A stretch of 36,161 nucleotides of DNA, from assembly GCA_947456845.1 (NCBI GenBank), contig CANGUJ010000002.1, positions 1 through 36,161 of the forward strand, in the 5' to 3' direction. Positions 34,376 to 36,161 of the stretch are shown piece by piece (the first letter of the stretch is position 1; the number at the start of each line of letters is the position of its first letter). The notes under the pieces are model-generated. The model made no database searches. It saw only the letters and a list, made by a program, of their open reading frames with translations, and was not told where the DNA came from. The position numbers were made by a program, and so were the translations under genes. The stretch comes from Burkholderiales bacterium (GTDB taxonomy: Bacteria > Pseudomonadota > Gammaproteobacteria > Burkholderiales > JAEUOS01).

Positions 34376-34852
34376 ATGAAATCGGCCATCGAACTGCGCC
34401 TGGAACTCGACGATCTGTACGCACGCTACGCGGCCAGCCTTGACGAAGCGCGCTATGACGACTGGATCGATCTGTTCACCGACGAATGCTTCTACCGGGT
34501 GGTGCCGCGCGAGAACTTCGACCGCAACCTGCCGCTCTCGACCATGATGGCCGAGAGCCGCGGCATGCTGAAGGACCGGATCTACGGCATCACCAGCACG
34601 CTCTACCACCAGCCCTACTACCAGCGCCACATCGTCAGCGGGTTGTTCATCCGCAAGAACGAAGGCGAGGCGCTCCATACCCAGGCGAACTACGCGGTGT
34701 TCCGCACCAAGCAGAATGAGATCTCCGAGGTCTTCAATGTCGGTCGCTACATCGACACGGTGGTCACCGACGGCGGCCGCCTGAAGTTCAAGGAAAAGCT
34801 CTGCGTGTTCGACAGCGAATTGATCCCCAATTCGCTGATCTATCCGGTCTAG
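34376..34852 (+). CDS. Rieske oxygenase beta subunit, NagH-like
   Basis: 158 aa, starting 4 nt after the alpha gene. YRVVPRENF...LPL, DRIYG...LYHQPYYQRHIV and CVFDSELIPNSLIYPV resemble NagH-type small subunits (recollection). Confidence 0.85.
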   Translation: MKSAIELRLELDDLYARYAASLDEARYDDWIDLFTDECFYRVVPRENFDRNLPLSTMMAESRGMLKDRIYGITSTLYHQPYYQRHIVSGLFIRKNEGEALHTQANYAVFRTKQNEISEVFNVGRYIDTVVTDGGRLKFKEKLCVFDSELIPNSLIYPV

Positions 34853-34876
34853 CCGTAGCGCCCGCGCGCGGTCGGC

Positions 34877-34941
34877 CGCTTTCACGGCGCTATTCGACCA
34901 ATGCGGCATGCCGCGCGAGCGGTAGCATCGAAGGCAATGGG
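34877..34941 (+). repeat. 65-nt conserved upstream element, copy A (contains palindrome GCGGCATGCCGC)
   Basis: Aligns ungapped with 36092-36156 at 46/65 identical positions (counted by hand). Both copies end in GGCAATGGG. Confidence 0.6.
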
Positions 34942-34994
34942 ACAAGCCGCGCCTGCCTCGCAGGCGCGCACCGACCGCCTTCCGCCATCGCACC

Positions 34995-35885
34995 ATGCCC
35001 GCCATCGCTGACACTTCGCCCGTCGCCATCGACCGCCTGGCGCGCGACCTCAAGATCCCGCCCTGCCCGGCCGTGCTCGAGCGCCTCGTCCGCGAAGCAC
35101 GCAAGGATGACCCCGATCCGCGCACGCTCGCCGGTCTGATCAACCAGGATGCGGGCCTCGCTGCCGCCGTCCTGCGGGCCGTCAACTCTCCGGTCTACGG
35201 ACTGTCGCGCAAGGCCCAGGACGTGCAGCAGGCCCTCGCCATCATGGGGGTGAATGCCACGATGAACCTGATCAACGGGTTGATGCTGCGTCAGGCCTTT
35301 CCCGCCGCATCCGGGACACTGATGCAGCGCTTCTGGGATCAATCATCCGGCGTCGCCCTGGCGGCGGTGGCGGTGGCCAGACGCATACCCGGCTGCAGCC
35401 GTGAAGAGGCCCACACCTACGCCCTGTTTCGCAACTGCGGTATCGCGGTGATGATCAGCCGCTTCCCCGACTACGGCCCGTTTCTGGCTGGCCATGCCAC
35501 CACGCCCGGTCCGGCGCTGCTGGCCGCCGAAGGCGCCAAATACGGCCTGCACCATGCCCGCATCGGCTATGCGCTGGCCCGCACCTGGGGCCTGCCCGAA
35601 ACCCTCGCCTACAGCATTCTGTTCCATCACCATATCGACCTGATGCCCGGTCGCCTCGGGGAGGGGCAGCGTGCCTCGCCGACCTTGGTCGCGGCGGCGT
35701 TGCTGGCCGAGCAGGTCGCCAATCTCGAGGCCGGCGGCAGCCTCACCTCCGAATGGCTGACCCATGAGCAATTCGTGCTCGCGTCCCTGCAAATCAGCGC
35801 CGAGGACGTCGCCGACATCCTCGGCACAGGCAGAAACGGTCCGCGCGCGACGTTCGGCCGCAGCCTGTCACCCGCGAGGATATAG
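34995..35885 (+). CDS. HDOD domain-containing signalling protein
   Basis: 296 aa. LAGLINQDAGLAAAVLRAVNSPVYGLSRKAQDVQQALAIMGVN, followed by an HD-related helical region (HTYALFRNCG...GLHHARIGYALARTWGLPE), is typical of stand-alone HDOD proteins. Confidence 0.8.
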   Translation: MPAIADTSPVAIDRLARDLKIPPCPAVLERLVREARKDDPDPRTLAGLINQDAGLAAAVLRAVNSPVYGLSRKAQDVQQALAIMGVNATMNLINGLMLRQAFPAASGTLMQRFWDQSSGVALAAVAVARRIPGCSREEAHTYALFRNCGIAVMISRFPDYGPFLAGHATTPGPALLAAEGAKYGLHHARIGYALARTWGLPETLAYSILFHHHIDLMPGRLGEGQRASPTLVAAALLAEQVANLEAGGSLTSEWLTHEQFVLASLQISAEDVADILGTGRNGPRATFGRSLSPARI

Positions 35886-36057
35886 CGCCCCGAGGCCGGC
35901 AGCGCCGCGATGCCGGCCGATGCCGGCGCCCCGATTACGCCTCCCGTATTGGCATCCGCACACCGGCACCATCCCCTCAGCGGATGGTTGATATGCAGGC
36001 GCATAGGCGCGGCCCTCCACGCCCGGGCCTGCCGGCACACGCGATGGTCCGCTTCGA

Positions 36058-36084
36058 GGCCGCCTGACGCCGCTTGAGGCGGCC
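36058..36084 (+). terminator. hairpin GGCCGCCT-N11-AGGCGGCC downstream of the HDOD gene (candidate terminator)
   Basis: An 8-bp GC-rich stem followed by CTTGCGTCGCTTTC. A second hairpin, CCATCC-N7-GGATGG at 35969-35987, is followed by TTGATAT. Neither has a strong U-tract. Confidence 0.3.
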
Positions 36085-36091
36085 CTTGCGT

Positions 36092-36156
36092 CGCTTTCGG
36101 GCCGCTATTCGGCCGATGCGGCGCGCCGCAAGGCGTATAACATTTCCGGCAATGGG
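36092..36156 (+). repeat. 65-nt conserved upstream element, copy B (contains palindrome GCGGCGCGCCGC)
   Basis: See copy A. It ends 5 nt before the window edge with GGCAATGGGTATTA, so the downstream gene is not visible. Confidence 0.6.
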
Positions 36157-36161
36157 TATTA

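Noticed and set aside
29927-34389. Large overlapping ORFs 29927..32017 (+, 696 aa), 32172..33881 (+, 569 aa) and 33007..34389 (-, 460 aa)
   Set aside because: Each is antisense or out of frame to genes with strong family signatures (LivJ-like binding protein, LysR, NagG-like alpha). Each crosses intergenic promoter regions and is Arg/Gly/His-rich and featureless.
34937-35011. 24-codon uORF (MGQAAPASQARTDRLPPSHHARHR) starting at the ATG that ends repeat copy A and overlapping the HDOD start
   Set aside because: There is no RBS and the peptide is not recognisable. Its existence rests only on the conserved ATG of the repeat. It is kept as a remark within the repeat finding rather than called as a gene.
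35907-35926. Tandem GATGCCGGC(C/G) x2 downstream of the HDOD gene
   Set aside because: There are only two copies of a 10-mer in GC-rich non-coding DNA. It has no further periodicity or symmetry and is probably chance or minor slippage.
1-36161. Whole-window search for CRISPR arrays, tRNA/rRNA, IS elements, integrases, toxin-antitoxin pairs and known defence-system signatures
   Set aside because: No regularly spaced direct repeats were seen. The intergenic regions are too short and lack cloverleaf-like structure. No transposase, recombinase, nuclease-helicase or phage-like ORFs are present. Every sizeable ORF is accounted for by metabolic, transport or regulatory families.

Overview
This is a very GC-rich segment (by eye about two-thirds G+C with very high GC3; not computed). 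It reads like a Burkholderiales-type (betaproteobacterial) catabolic gene neighbourhood. I call 32 intact protein-coding genes (one cut by the left window edge) and one apparent pseudogene. I found no rRNA or tRNA genes, no CRISPR array, and no transposase, integrase or phage genes. Left to right the window contains: (i) A tightly coupled operon (433-7042) with a Bug/TctC binding protein, a Rieske oxygenase alpha/beta pair and an IorA/IorB-type 2-oxoacid:ferredoxin oxidoreductase. (ii) An IclR regulator divergent from a six-gene operon (7115-14660) encoding an alpha/beta hydrolase, an acyl-CoA synthetase, a 2OG/Fe(II) oxygenase, TPP-dependent E1 alpha/beta without E2/E3, and a luciferase-like monooxygenase. 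(iii) A minus-strand four-gene ABC-2/GldG-like/DUF4340 operon (14743-19561). (iv) A flavodoxin-like protein, an enoyl-CoA hydratase and a Tat-signal intradiol-dioxygenase-like protein. (v) A second, roughly 70% identical IorA/IorB pair plus a second Bug protein (22133-26875). (vi) A LysR-associated minus-strand operon (LivJ-like binding protein, FAH-family hydrolase, [2Fe-2S]-FNR reductase, VOC protein, SnoaL-like protein), a second LysR gene that appears internally deleted, and a NagG/NagH-like Rieske oxygenase. (vii) An HDOD protein flanked by two copies of a conserved 65-nt element. No canonical defence or mobile system is visible. The best candidates for undescribed biology are the duplicated IorAB modules tied to oxygenases and TTT binding proteins, the orphan E1-LLM operon, and the GldG/DUF4340 ABC apparatus. 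All functional calls rest on motif recognition and remembered family features, not on database searches. Start codons were chosen from overlaps, RBS-like sequences and codon usage and may be off by a few codons.
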